DNA of 64,000 bases, taken from NCBI GenBank assembly GCA_003971905.1, contig RSEE01000066.1, positions 186,001 to 250,000 of the forward strand, read 5' to 3'. The notes beneath the pieces were generated by a model. The model was given only the letters and a program-made list of their open reading frames with translations. It did not search any database and was not told the DNA's origin. Position 1 is the first letter of the stretch. The number at the start of each line of letters is the position of its first letter. Positions 40,400 through 52,908 of this stretch are shown in pieces. Position numbers and translations under genes: made by a program. This DNA comes from Moniliella sp. 'wahieum'. Taxonomy: Eukaryota.

Positions 40400-43170
40400 T
40401 GGCGCATCGCTTATATTACTCTGCAGCCGGGCGCCTTAGTACATCCTACCACTTACCAAAAAAGGAAACCCCGACCCCGCCCCATCGAAGATCAGAATGG
40501 CCCACATAATGTGCGAAGATCTATCTGACGGGTCTCGCTAAGCCCTACCCGTCCAAAAGGCTCGCAATGCATCTACCCTGGGTCAAACCCTCGACACACC
40601 ACTCCTGCGGTCCATCGTCTTGGATGAACCCCGAGCAGGTTTGCCGTAACCCTAACTCTTTGAGGTTATTTAGCGCCACCCCCACAAATCCCTCATGATG
40701 CTACGGTTTCATTTTGGGGCGAGAACAGTTATGGCCAGCGGCAATGCAATCGGCCTACACTTCCCCGGAAATGGCGATCATTATTATGCCCGGCATGGAG
40801 GATGATTGATGATGCCGAGACACAGGGCGGGCTTGTTGTCCCTGCGTTGCGCTGTTCTGCAGAAAAAAGATGCTATAGCTATAGGACATAGTATCGTCTA
40901 CATGCGTCAATAACGACATATATACTAAAACTCACTTTAGCCCATCCTCTGCAATGGTCAGACTCACACCGTGCTAGGGATGTCATGGGGCGCGGGACCC
41001 GAGACGGAGCCCGACCCCGGGATTTAATAGGGGTGAAATCCCTTAGACGTGGAATCAGAATTACCTACTGTATGTGTCCTGATTCAGTTCCTGTGGTTGA
41101 GTGCTCAGGAGCCGGTGTAATGGCGAAGAAGAGACCCTCTATAGTTTGGGTGGCTGTGCCTGTACAAAGGCGGTAGTCCTGACTCTCTGAGGTAGGAGCG
41201 ACGTACGTAGGTCGTCAGACCAGTTGAAGGGGTCAAGGAACTCCGGGGTATAGCGTGGGGCACCTGGAGCGTGTTACCACACTTGACGCGCTGTAATGGA
41301 GGCGGAGAATCAGACGGAGTCCGACCTAATGAAGAGCACGCGCTACCGAGAGTAACCGCGGCTTGCAGAGTGTGGTCGACGTAAGTCGTAAACCGTGCGC
41401 CATCCATTGGCGAACGCTCTGTGAGCTTTACTTCATTCGAAGAGGCTCTTGTTGGCCAGTTGGACGGTCCTACAACCGCCCGCACAGCCATTGCCGCGCT
41501 CTCACCTGAGGCCTATAATAGTCTCGTCAGCAAGGAGTTCACCCCGATCGTCTGGAATAAAAGTTCAAAAGCAGCCGTCAGAGGACACTTCTTTGACCAT
41601 TTGAGACACTAATTTCCAGGTGAAGACGAGGAGTCTCAAGTAGAGGAGGGGGAAGAGGAAACTCCTGAAAGCAGGCGCCGCGCCTTCTCCCTTTCATTCA
41701 AAGACACTTTATCCTTTTAAGGAAAGTTCCTTTTGGTACTGCTGCCAATGGTGATGTGTTGGATATGGCGGAGTTTGGATTGCCTGTTGCCCCCCCCCCT
41801 TTCCGAGCAGGAGAGAGGTTCATCGAACCTTTGCGGCCGTCACAGAGAGAAAACGCGGGAGCAGAGCGCACCCGGTGACGCAGGGAAGCAAGCGAATACT
41901 GCCGAGCTCTGAACCCGTGCGTGCCAGCGCGGGGGGTCTTCCTCCGCCACATGTAACCGCGACCCATCATCGCCGTCATATAGTTTATTGGCTGATCTCG
42001 CACCCATTTCCAATTTCTTCCGTCCCGAGCTCGATCTTTCCCTGTTTCTTCCACTTCGCACCATGCCCTCTGTTATTGCTTCTTCTTCACGAACGATTGA
42101 CTCTGGTCTCCCTCCCCTTAGCCCTGACCGTGACACTCCCCGCCCCTCGAACGCCTATTACTGACAACTAGCCTGTAGGAGGGAGATTGCTTAGGATGCC
42201 GACAGGTATTCATTCAGGCTGCATGGAATGATGCATTATACCAGAGGAGAAGGAGAAGCTATCACACGGTAGACCACGCCTGATGTAGGAAAAGAGACAC
42301 AAAGGGGGCAATGAAGATCTAGAACAAGGATCATACCCACATCCTGTGGGAATGTGTGTGTGATCCGTCATAGCCCATCATCTTCATCAAGGGGCCAGCT
42401 GCAATGGGCAAGTCGTTTCAACATAATACTCTCCTTTTGCCCACATCAGGGGTACACTGGGCCTCAGTGCCACCGCGGTTGCTTCTTCCGGCATCGCTTC
42501 CCCTTACTCTCGACGGCGGTGCCCCCCACTCCCGCTCTAGTATATACCTTTAAAATCCCCATCAATTGCCTCAGTACCAGCTCTTCCTTTTGTCAACACG
42601 ACAGAAGCGTTGTGCCCTCCATCACACCTCCTTCTCAACGGTTATAAGCTGGCAGATATCCAGGACAACAATGCTGCTATTACCCCGAGTTTCTTAATAG
42701 GCTCACCCCTGCAGGTTTTCCTCCTCACAAGCTACCCTTAAAGTTATGGTATGTCGGTTATATGCTCCTCCGGAACCTCAACGAGGCCGCAGGTTTGGTC
42801 AATGGCACCTGTCTCTCATGGCCTACGGCCCGGTTAATATTCCGTCGGGGCCGTCATCCTCAATGCGGGCAAAAAGGCCCCAGACAGCACTTTTCCCCAT
42901 TATCCCCTCCGCATCTCTTTAACAAAAGCGACATTCGCTTTAGCCGCAGGCAGTTTCCGATTACCCTGCCTTTTCCATGGCCATCAACAAGCCCCAGAGT
43001 CAGACCCTGCGCCATATACGTTGGGCCTCCTTACCCCTACTTGCACATGGCAGCTTTTTATGTCGCTCTTTTTGTCTTGCGCCTCTTTTCGCCACAGGCC
43101 CAAAGATCTCCTCCCGCGTTCCAGGATCACTCGCAACACTGCCGCTCGCCAGGTCTTCGAATACGGTGAG
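40400..43170 (+). mobile_element. Decayed, internally deleted and interrupted Helitron (Rep/PIF1 helicase remnants)
   Basis: AKIY (~FAQLYIYD) and RQCNRPT..EMAII (~RRYN.PT..EVAA) at 40.5-40.8 kb; AVASSGIAS..L.GG...FKIPI at ~42.5 kb; PEFLNRL...GFPPHKL, MLLRNLN...GLVNGT, RRQFPI, AINKPQSQTL and FYVALF at 42.68-43.07 kb. Confidence 0.85.
41977..42130 (+). repeat. Dispersed repeat copy A (inverted homologue of 51338-51515)
   Basis: Shares TTGGCTG.TCTCGC.CCCATTTCCAATTTCTT, TTCCCTGTTTCTTCCACTTCGCACCATG, CACGAACGATTG and CCTTAGCCCTGAC with the reverse complement of copy B. Confidence 0.85.
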
Positions 43171-43954
43171 GGTGGGGTGCCGTTGAAGGGGCCGACAATA
43201 CTACTGCTGCTCCCGAGGATGAACAATGGCGATGGCCGTTTGTTGTTGGGGAAGACAATGTGGGCAACCCTGGACCCCAGCTGGTCATTCATGTACAGTC
43301 ATTGATTACATTACGAGACCTGGAGGGCGTGATGTTCTCGGAACAGTCCCAGATGAATCTCCTGCTGACATCCGAAGACGATTGTCCATTGTCGATGGAT
43401 GCTCCTGCACGAGAAGGCCGCAGGACGACGAGATTGATTTGTGGATGAGCTGCGAGGACGCCCTCTTATACTACAACGAGAGGACCACCGGGCCTACGGC
43501 CCCGTCTGCATACCTTATCGATGCTTTACCTTGCGCCGGAGGGTATGTGCTGGGGCTTCGCCCAGCCTTCCCTCGTGTCCCCTTGGTCCACCGTTCCATT
43601 GGCCTCTTTCCCTGCTCGTCCACGCTGTCCACTGTTCCATTGTCAATAGAGATTTCCGCTCCAGCACACTAATTAGGTTAACGTTCCATCATATTCAGTG
43701 CGGCGTAACACACCGTTCCGTTGTCAGTAGCAGGAAAGCACGGGAGTTGGAAGCAGGACAGATGTGGCTGGCGTGCCACCCAGAGAATCGGGTTGGCGAA
43801 AGCCTGTCCAGGCTCAATCCTTGAGATATCAGAAGTGGAGAGCGAGGGCGGGGTTTCCGATGGAAGTGAGGCGCCTGCTTTTGGCTGCTGATTCGTCAGG
43901 GAGCCCCGCCTGACGCTCTCCTTGGGCAGGACGGGCATCGTAGAGCAACCGTTC

Positions 43955-44072
43955 CGTCGTCACCACCTTTGCCACCGTTCCATGGGCCACCATTGACTGG
44001 ACCGTAGCCGCCTCAGGAACCATTTCGTCGCCACCACCTTGGCCACTGTTCCATTGTCCACCTTTGATTGAT
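43955..44072 (+). repeat. Imperfect ~46-bp direct repeat (2 copies), with related CCAC(C/T)GTTCCATTG cores at ~43588 and ~43629
   Basis: CGTCGTCACCACCTTTGCCACCGTTCCATGGGCCACCATTGACTG versus CGTCGCCACCACCTTGGCCACTGTTCCATTGTCCACCTTTGATTG. Confidence 0.7.
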
Positions 44073-44972
44073 AACTAGGCAGCCATGTTTGTTGACCAGG
44101 GTCTATGGGCCAGCCACCTCCGCGGCACTTCTGACCATTTACTCATTACTCCCGGGCACCACACCAGTATCCCTATCCCTGGCCTAGTGCCGCTCTCCTT
44201 TCTTCCCCTTCTTCTCCTTCTTCTTCTGATCCTCAGTCTGGGTTCAACCCAGCTCTGTCTTCTCTCTGCCATTGCATACTGCACTTAGGACGTCGCTGGA
44301 TCACCAGGATCATTATCGTTGTATCGGCTATTGGCCTTCTGAGTCACCGTAGCCACAGACGCAGATTCACAGTTCCACCGTCGGATTTATGTATGGTGCT
44401 GAGGTGGGTGGGCTGGGCTGCACGTGCCATTAGGCCAGAACTTGAGAACGTCATCTGTGGTTCATATATAGGGGGATGAACGTTGAACCAATCTTAGCTC
44501 CATACCAATGCCCACGCATATAATGCAGAGCAACCTTCAACCACACCAAAACAAAGACCCTCTTGTTCATATCCATAACCCGCATTAAAACGTTTGCCAT
44601 TCCCCTTCTCGACACGATCTTCAACGTTCATGTCTCCCTCGCTACTGGCATATTGCACACTGATGATCGATCAGTATAATGCCTCAGCGCTAGATGCACC
44701 CAACACACACGACCGAGATGAGCGACTGACGTTTGTTGGGTGCATCCCATCGCACTTCTTGAACTGCTAGGCTGTATTGCCTGCAACGAACAACATACAA
44801 CACATCGCTGGCTCCACCAACTGTGGTGTGGCCCCCGAGGACCGGAATGCCGACTTGCTTGCATCTGCAATGGCATTGAATTGAGTTGACGTGAATTGCT
44901 TGACATGAATCGGTGCATTACGTACGCATCCTTCCTGCCCATTTACCCCGGCCCGCACCACCAGGCCGAGGC

Positions 44973-46302
44973 TCAGGCTGAGCCCCCAGCAGGCTCACGC
45001 CCCCGCCTGCTCGAGCCAGCGGGCGCGGTGCAGCACATCGGGCGCCTCGATCCCCGCCCGGCTCTGCACCACCTTGAGCTCGCGCCGGCGGAAGCGCTCC
45101 ACCTCCAGCTGCGCCTCCCACCCCGACCCTCCATGCGCGTGCCCTGCCAGCGCTGCGGCGTCACTCCTCGCGCGTCCCCGCGCGCCGCGCCGCCTGCCAC
45201 GCTGCCTCGTCGGCAGCGGCGGCAGGCGCGCAATGTAGGCCGAGGTGGTGGCGAATGGATTGCAGGCTGGCGATCGCCAGCTCCACTGCCCGACTCAACG
45301 GCGTAGGCGCCGAGTGCAGTTGGTCCAGCAGCACCGACCGCGCAGCGGCGTGTCTTCCGCGCACCACACATCGGCGTACCGGGCGTGGCGGGCATCCCGG
45401 GTGTGCCGGGCATCGAACCGGCAGGCGAGGGCAAGGCCGTGTTGGACACAAACTGTGCTTCTTCGTGCCGCTTGTACCGTCCGAGCACAAGCGCAGCAAA
45501 AGATCGCCCACACCGGAAAGTAACCCTCCACCTCGGGAAATTGGATGCACCAAGGCCTCAGCCGACTGGCGGGGTCGTGGACGAACCAATCAGCGTCATC
45601 AGCTTACGGCCGTCCCCACTCGTGTTGGACATGCCCAGGCGGTTCATATCTGTCTCGGGCAGCTCCACCGAGGTGACCAGCACGTGCGGCACAAGGTACG
45701 TCGTGTGCAGCGTTTCCAGCGCTTCGTACAAGGTTGTCAATGATGTGATTTTCGTGCCCGACAAAGCCCTGGGGTTGCGATAAGTTCCATTAGCCTCCAG
45801 CGCACATCCACTCGACCAAGGGGGCGGGGGGGGAGGACATACTGCGCTTCAAATTGGTTGGGTGTGATCATACTGGCGAGGGAAGCATATCGCGATAAAT
45901 AGGCAGCACATCGGGGTCGACGTACATGCCGCGATCCATGTCCCCCATCACGGGGTCCAGGACATAGAGCAAGTCAGGATTGATCTGGCGCAAGCGGCGG
46001 ACTACTGCTCCACTGTACGCAGCGCCTTGGCCCAGGACAGTAGCCCGTCAAGACACGCGCATAGCGCAGCAGACCATTCTCGTCCAGTCCGGCAAACAAG
46101 TCGGACAGGTGGGCCGCATCGAGCACCGAACCGCCCCAACGGCCAAACCCGGTGTGGTTGCTGACTGGACCGTGTTCACCACATCCACCTCCCAACCCAG
46201 CAGCTGGAGAGGAAAGGTGGCCGATCGGTTGCCTACGTACCCGCACACCACATGGCTCTGGATCGAGAGCACACGCGTCGGCTCAGGTACGTTGGCGGCC
46301 AT
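44973..46302 (-). CDS. BUD16: Pyridoxal kinase
   Basis: [58 protein letters not shown]|(intron)ALSG, FSGVGD and ELKVVQSR. Confidence 0.92.
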
Positions 46303-46655
46303 AGCGGTGGTGGGGGGGGGGCCGGACAGCGGCTTTCCACGTTCTATGCCGACGGGCAAAACGTGGGATCCCAACTTCTGACTCGAGGCCCGGCGGCACA
46401 GGTTCCTTATTAAATGGCCATTCCTAATTCCGCCTTGTGCCGGATACGGCGTCAAGCTGCAAGTACTCCGCTATTTGCTCAGCACGCGTGCTGGACTGAA
46501 CGTTCAAGTTGAACACGCTGTCGTGACGCGTGAACGCGTGAACGTTGAACGTGACGTCGAACGGCAATGCGCCTGGGAAAGATGAACGGCTGAGCAAGCA
46601 TTCACGAGCGTCCTCGCTCGCCCCCGCCGCCATCATCACCACCACCACCACCACA

Positions 46656-48298
46656 ATGCCAGGGGACACCGCGGACGCACGCCCAAACTGGTTACTGCAT
46701 CAGTTGGTGCAGTCGTACGACGAACCGCCGCCACACCACGTCACCCCCCGCCCCCCACCTCCTGGCTGCCCTCGCTCGCCGGCCTGTCGAACTGCATCAT
46801 CGGCACGCCCGACGCGGCACCTCCCGCTACCCGCCCGATGCGCCCTTTGTCCGCACCGGTTTCCGGAACCCCTGGCCCAGCTGGCACAAACCGACTCCCT
46901 TCCAATTTGGAACGGGCTAGAATGGGGACCGTCGTCCTCCTGCCGCCCCTCCGCCTCCAGCTCGCCCAACTTTTGTGATCCATCGGATCCGCCTTCTCCC
47001 CCTTCCCCAGCTGCCGAGACGGAGGCTGACCAGGAGTTGGATGTGGCTACGGTGCCCCTGGCAGACTGGCCTGCCACTCTTCCCCGCAACAAGGTACGAG
47101 CGACGTGGATCGGGCATGCCAGCACGCTCGTGGAGTTCCGCTGTACCACGGCGATGTGATCCGGGTCCTGTTTGACCCCTTTTTCCGATCGGTACGTTTA
47201 CGCCTTTCTATCCCGTTTGACCATGGACCCACCCTAACAACACCGCTTTGTTCTCCAGTGCTCTCCGACGCAATCGTTTGGTCCGCTGCGCTCCTTGCCG
47301 ACGCCAATAGAGATTGAGAGTTTGCCGCCGATTCATTTTGTCCTCATCTCGCACTCGCACTACGACCACCTCGACTGGTCCTCCATCAAGCGCCTCGCTC
47401 AACGTAACCCGTCTCTCGTTGTGGTCGTCCCGCTCGGCCTCGAGTGCTGGTTCTACGCCACGCACCAACGGCCGATCCCAGAAGGCAACGTGTACGAGTG
47501 CGACTGGTGACAAGGTGATAGTTAGCATCCCCACGCTCCCTGCCACGCAACTCACATTTACCTGCACCCCGGCCCAGCACGGCTCGGGCCGAATGGGGTT
47601 GGATACGAGCACGAGCCTCTGGCCAGCTGGTACGTCACCTACCGCCGCATGCCTACCCCCACCTGCCACGGAGCTGTGTTTCGTACCTTTTTTGTGGTGA
47701 TACGGCTTCCAATTCCACGATCCCGCCACGCGCGCCCGAAACTTCGCCCACGACGACCGACGCAGAAAGAGAGGACGAAGCCTTGCCCTTGCTCGATAAG
47801 GAGCCCTACCCGATCTGCCCGGCCTTTGACGAAATTGCCTCACGCCTCGGCGCGCCCGACCTGAGCTTACTGCCGATCAGCGTGGGTGCGACCTTAAGTT
47901 TCCTCAAGGGATTTTGACCCGTTCCCTGTTGGCTACTCGCCCTCCCGTGTGCTTGAACGAGGGTCTGACAGCGGAACCACATGACGCCAAGGGATGCCGT
48001 GCGCTGTTTCCGTCTGATGGACCGCGCCGGGTCCTGGTCGGACGAAGGCAGGCATATCCGAGCGCGCGCTCGAGTTCAAGTTGCTAAACCGGCGCCCGTG
48101 GCGGTCGCGATTCATTGGGTACGTTTGTCGGTGCGGAGGACGAGGCGAGGGGATCGGTACGACAGCTTCGTGAGGCGTGTGGTGAGTTGGGATCGAATTT
48201 GCTCGCTCCTATCGCCCTACCGACCGTTCGACCTTTGTCGCGCTCAACCCTGGCGAGTCGGTGCTTCTCCCCTTGCGACCCTGGTCCCGGGACTATGA
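46656..48298 (+). CDS. NAPE-PLD/Fmp30-like metallo-beta-lactamase-fold hydrolase (3' end approximate)
   Basis: ATWIGHAS, FDP, VLISHSHYDHLD, VPLGL..WF, TPAQHGSGR, FCGDTG, CPAFDEI, PDLSLLPI, HMTPRDAV and AIHWGTF. Confidence 0.88.
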
Positions 48299-49545
48299 TG
48301 ACGACAGCGACAGCGACCACAGACCACGAGATGCACACGTTGATCCTCCCGATGTGGACGAGTAAATGCGTGGATGAGTCGGAGTGTTGGGCTGAAGGCT
48401 GTCCAGGCCTTTGCCCTTGCCCCACCCTTCTCTTTTGATAGAATAACCCCCCCTCTTGCACAGAGCTCACGTCCTCCTGAGCACTGAGTACGTGAAAAGG
48501 GGAGCGTGTCATGTACATTGAGGAGAGGAGGGATCCCCCCCGCCCCCTGCCGCCCCGACCTTTACCACGAACGGCTTCCGTCTCCTAATTCCCTCGACCT
48601 TGCAAAGCCAAGCCGAGCAAACCTCCCTGCTAATCCCATTCAGTCAAGATCTGTCGCACCTGTTGACCCGCATGACCGATGAGCTTTACAAAAAGGAGTC
48701 GTGGCAGCTCATGATTAAGCTATAACGCATTCTTACGAATCGAAGCAGAGACAGATAGGGACATTATAGGAGTTGAGGGGGGCGCTGCGCAACGAGTGTC
48801 CATTCGCGTGTGGTTAGCAGCTGCGGGCGGATTCAGGAGATACATGTTAAAACACGAGGACAAAGGCCTACGGAGAAGAAGAGAGAGAGGAGGTGATGGA
48901 TCTATTCCAAGAGAGGAGCCCATTAGGGCAGAACATAGGGAGAGTCGGATAGAACAGCGCGATGTGTGATGCTGATCAGCTGCATGCATGATGGCGCTGA
49001 CAATACAATATGCGGATCCGGACATGGGAAGACGTCCCTGCGTCAACAAAAGCCGTATTACTAGGGAACTGTGGAATTTGGTACCCTACTGTTAATGCGA
49101 GAGGAGTATTCGTAGCCTTCCAACGCTCTTTCGAGCCAACTCGATTCCAACCCTCTTCAGAGAGCGACAACTACTACTACTAATGATGTAAAGTGGGGAG
49201 AGCCATCCAGGGTGACTAGCACCGTCAAAAAACCGATGTATGCCAGGTAGTACAATACCAGAACCAGAACGGCATCGTGATAGCATCGCACAAGTACGAA
49301 ACCATAGTTTCACACGGAAAGGAAAGCATCATCATCCTCATCTTCTTCATCATCCAAAACGAAGATAGGAAAAGCTTCGCAACAGAGAACAAAGAACGAT
49401 TCACGATACAAGGGGAATCCGTAATCCGTATAGCCGGTAACAGCGTTGTATATCGATCTTCAATGCACCCCCTCTCCCCATGGGAATAATGAGGAAAAGA
49501 GAAGATGTTAGACAGTGTCAGTGATCCTGCAGCTGCTCTTATCCC

Positions 49546-49617
49546 GGCTCGATAGCGTAGTGGTAACGCATCCCTGGCCAATAGGCGATGGCATGGGTTC
49601 GAATCCCATTCGAGCCT
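49546..49617 (+). tRNA. tRNA-like gene or pseudogene with an aberrant anticodon arm (isotype uncertain)
   Basis: Perfect acceptor stem GGCTCGA/TCGAGCC, D stem GCGT/ACGC with A box TAGCGTAGTGG, and T arm ATGGG-TTCGAAT-CCCAT. The anticodon arm TCCCT-GGCCAAT-AGGCG is mismatched and lacks U33. Confidence 0.7.
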
Positions 49618-51337
49618 CTTCTTTTCCTCACTAGTTCCCCCGGGCTGTGCCTTCCCACAGAAGAAGAGCAACAACGGTATCTACCTACCCCGCAACGGTC
49701 TCCGCGTGGGTGTGCGAGCGAGCACCTCGTAGAAGAATAGCCGTCCAGAACCGCAGAAGTCTCAGAAAGACTAGCGTTCAGCCTGGGCGGAGTTTAAGCG
49801 CTGAGAGCATATATGCCAGCTATTCCTCTATATACGAAACCAACACGCGGGCCAAAGTAAATGGTGGCAACCGGATCGAATGCCAAAACCTATATACTAA
49901 TAGGCCAACAATCCCGTCCAATCATTAGTCCGTATCTATAACCTCACATGACACATGAACAACAAGTTGTTCCAGAAATGTTCTGGTTCGTTCTCTATAA
50001 TATCAGTACGATAGTCACCATGATATGCTTATAGTGTTCAACGTTAAACGTTTAACCTCCCATTGCTCGTTTATTGAGTGTAATGTTTATAGAATCGACA
50101 TCTGCCGTTAACTGGTATAATATGGTAGAGTATAGTCCGTGTTCAGACGGTGAGTATGGATGCGCACTCACTAGCACCTTTTCGGATGTCTGTCCGAAAG
50201 ACGCATCAGTGATGCTCAACTTTTTAATGTGCTAGTATACTATACGACACACCCCTTCCCGGGCCAGCACCACGCCCTGACGAAGGGGCCGGGGGTGATG
50301 ATACTATCACTGCCGGGGGGGCTTCTGTTGTTGACTGCCAGTATGTTGCTAATGAGCCTATCGATACCGGCACCGCGTACTACTGCTTTTGAGAAACCCA
50401 ACAATCCATGTTGATGACTTGTTTATGTGGAACTTCTCCGTATTCTATAGGACACAGCGCGGAACAAAAACTATATTTATCCCTCTGGCCTTAGGCTTAG
50501 TCCTTATTTTCAGTATATCGGGGCATTGTTGGTCAACTGTTGTTTGAGAATCTCTCCCTCCCTCTCCACAGTACTCATCCGTCAGTATAAGAACTGCCCA
50601 AGGGAGAAGATAACAGATCGGTGGGAAATACTTCGCAAGCTGTCTTGCTTCTCCACGCTCTGCGGTGACACAAGGTTTCGGTTACGGGATCGTTTTTACG
50701 GTGGAGAGGCGGTCGTCTATGAAGAAAAGGGGGGGTCGGAGAGATCTTGACTGTATATAGGTGTGCGTGACATGAGATCCTCGAACGCGCATGATCTCTT
50801 CCGCTTGCTGTTGATTAGATAGATAGGGCACGTGCCGGTTGATGAAGTGATATTATACACAGATTGTTAATATGAGACGAAGAGATATCCATAGAGATCA
50901 GTAGGAGATCACAGCAAAGGATTATATGGGTCGTATTTCACTTTTGCTTGATGTGTGTGCAGGGGGAGAAAAGAGGGCTAATTGCTAACACCGTATGCAA
51001 TCAAGAAAAGATAGAATGAAGAACAGAGGCATGTGTGTGGAAATACTGATGAAAGAGGGGAGAGATACAGAAGCGAGGTGCAGACAACATGTGCGCGCCA
51101 ACAGCGAGAAGAGCGACCAAGAGATCTGCCATTACTTTGACCGAATCGAGTGTTTCAACAACCAACAGACCCACCCGGACAACAGATGGGATTCTGATTC
51201 GACGCACCCCCCGGTCTCTCCTATTCCATCACCGTGCTAATCGGGGTACCATATAGATTGTACAATTCCAGTGGAAACAGAGCACAGAGAGTGATTCGGA
51301 TCTCTCCCCTGAGTGAGAGAAAAGAAAACCTACCATA

Positions 51338-51515
51338 GTCAGGGCTAAGGCGAGGAAGGTCAGAGTCGAGAGACTAGGTCAAGGGATGTAGCAATCGTTC
51401 GTGGGAAGAAGCAAGAATAGAGTACATGGTGCGAAGTGGAAGAAACAGGGAAGAAGCGAAACGTACGTGCTGACGAAGAAATTGGAAATGGGAGCGAGAC
51501 CAGCCAACTATGACA
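51338..51515 (-). repeat. Dispersed repeat copy B (inverted homologue of 41977-42130)
   Basis: See copy A. Both copies translate to KKLEMGAR(S/P)AN on opposite strands. Confidence 0.85.
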
Positions 51516-52908
51516 AAGTCCTCCCACTTTGCAAACGTTGGTCCGCGGTCCCCGCTATCGTGGCAAACCAAGAGGCTGTGAAAATGAAGAAGGATAGGAT
51601 TTCCGGATTTATATATCAGCCACTGCTCGATACGTATATTATAGTAGACGAGCAGAGGGTTGTATGAACGAGAGAGCTCTTCTGGTCGACAGAAGGTACT
51701 GACGACTATATTTATAGAGTCAAAATCTCGTGTTCACAGCATTTTGGCCCCAATCGAAGGACGTGATCCACGAAGGGAATAACGCCTCCTTTCAGTTTTG
51801 TATAGAAGGAACTGGTAAGGAACCTCTTTTGCTCAGTTGTGAAATGGGACTATTGTAGAAGAGAAAGAGGACAATTTCGACCACACTCAAGAGTGGCATT
51901 CGCATTTTGCGGTCGGGTCAAAACTCGCTTTCTTTTCAAAAACTGTCGGGAGAGAAGAGATCAAAACGGGAGAGAAAAGCTGTTTCGCACTTTCCTGATG
52001 AACAACTCGCAAGCTCTCTACCCAAAGCGAAATTTTTTTTCGCCGTCTGGATGGCAGAGCAGACCTCCAGCATCAAAAGGAGACGTATGAAATGACTGTG
52101 AGCACAGATTCTTGTAGCTGTCTCGAACAGGAAACTCGGATGCTAGCAGGAATCAAAAACGACTGACAACTATAACGACTCAGCTGTAAGGACCCCTGCG
52201 CAGGAATGCATACCCCACCAAGCCTTTTCAGCCAGATCTCGTGAGAGGAAGCTATACATTACCATAACCACCAGAGCATTATCCGCTTTTTGGATCCATG
52301 TATACAATACGGAGTGAGAAGAGTTTTCGTGTTCTCTTACAGCAGACGAATGACTTATTTTTCTGATTTTTTTTGCGCCTCACAGAGTGATGCACGAGAT
52401 CCGATAGCCATCGACAACCACGATCGCCCGTCTCTCACCACAGCATCAATACTCCTAGTGCACCTCCTGGACCGCACTTATCCGATGCGCTATATTACCA
52501 CAACAAACGGTGTCACATGTCAGGGTGGATGAGTGGGTGGGTTTTGTCTGTCGTTCTATGGACGCCTTCGCGATTGCTCCAAAAGGTGGATGGGAAAGTG
52601 CATCAAATGGGACGGGTGGAGCACAATGGTGGCGCGTCTTTTGTTTTCAGTGATGAACGCCAAGTATACGGCCCTCTTCTCCCGAAGATGTTCTCATGTT
52701 TCCTCATAGCGACCTATAGGGTGGACGCTCAACACCTTCCGTTACCAGGGGCATTCCCGACGCCAATCCGCTTTTCTATAACACAGGAAAGGAGGCGAAT
52801 TCGACCGTCATGCATCGAATCGCCAGGAAAGAGGAGCTGAACACTTGTTCATGGCTGTGATACTACCGAAAATCTCCATCATGAGACTGATGACTCTCAC
52901 TTGGTACC

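Noticed and set aside
44973..48298. BUD16/NAPE-PLD, or the whole gene set, as a functional gene cluster
   Set aside because: These are unrelated housekeeping functions. Divergent pairing is ordinary in compact fungal genomes, and no biosynthetic backbone enzyme is present.
49255..49320. QNQNGIVIASHKYETIV as a Copia integrase remnant
   Set aside because: Too short, with no neighbouring integrase motifs.
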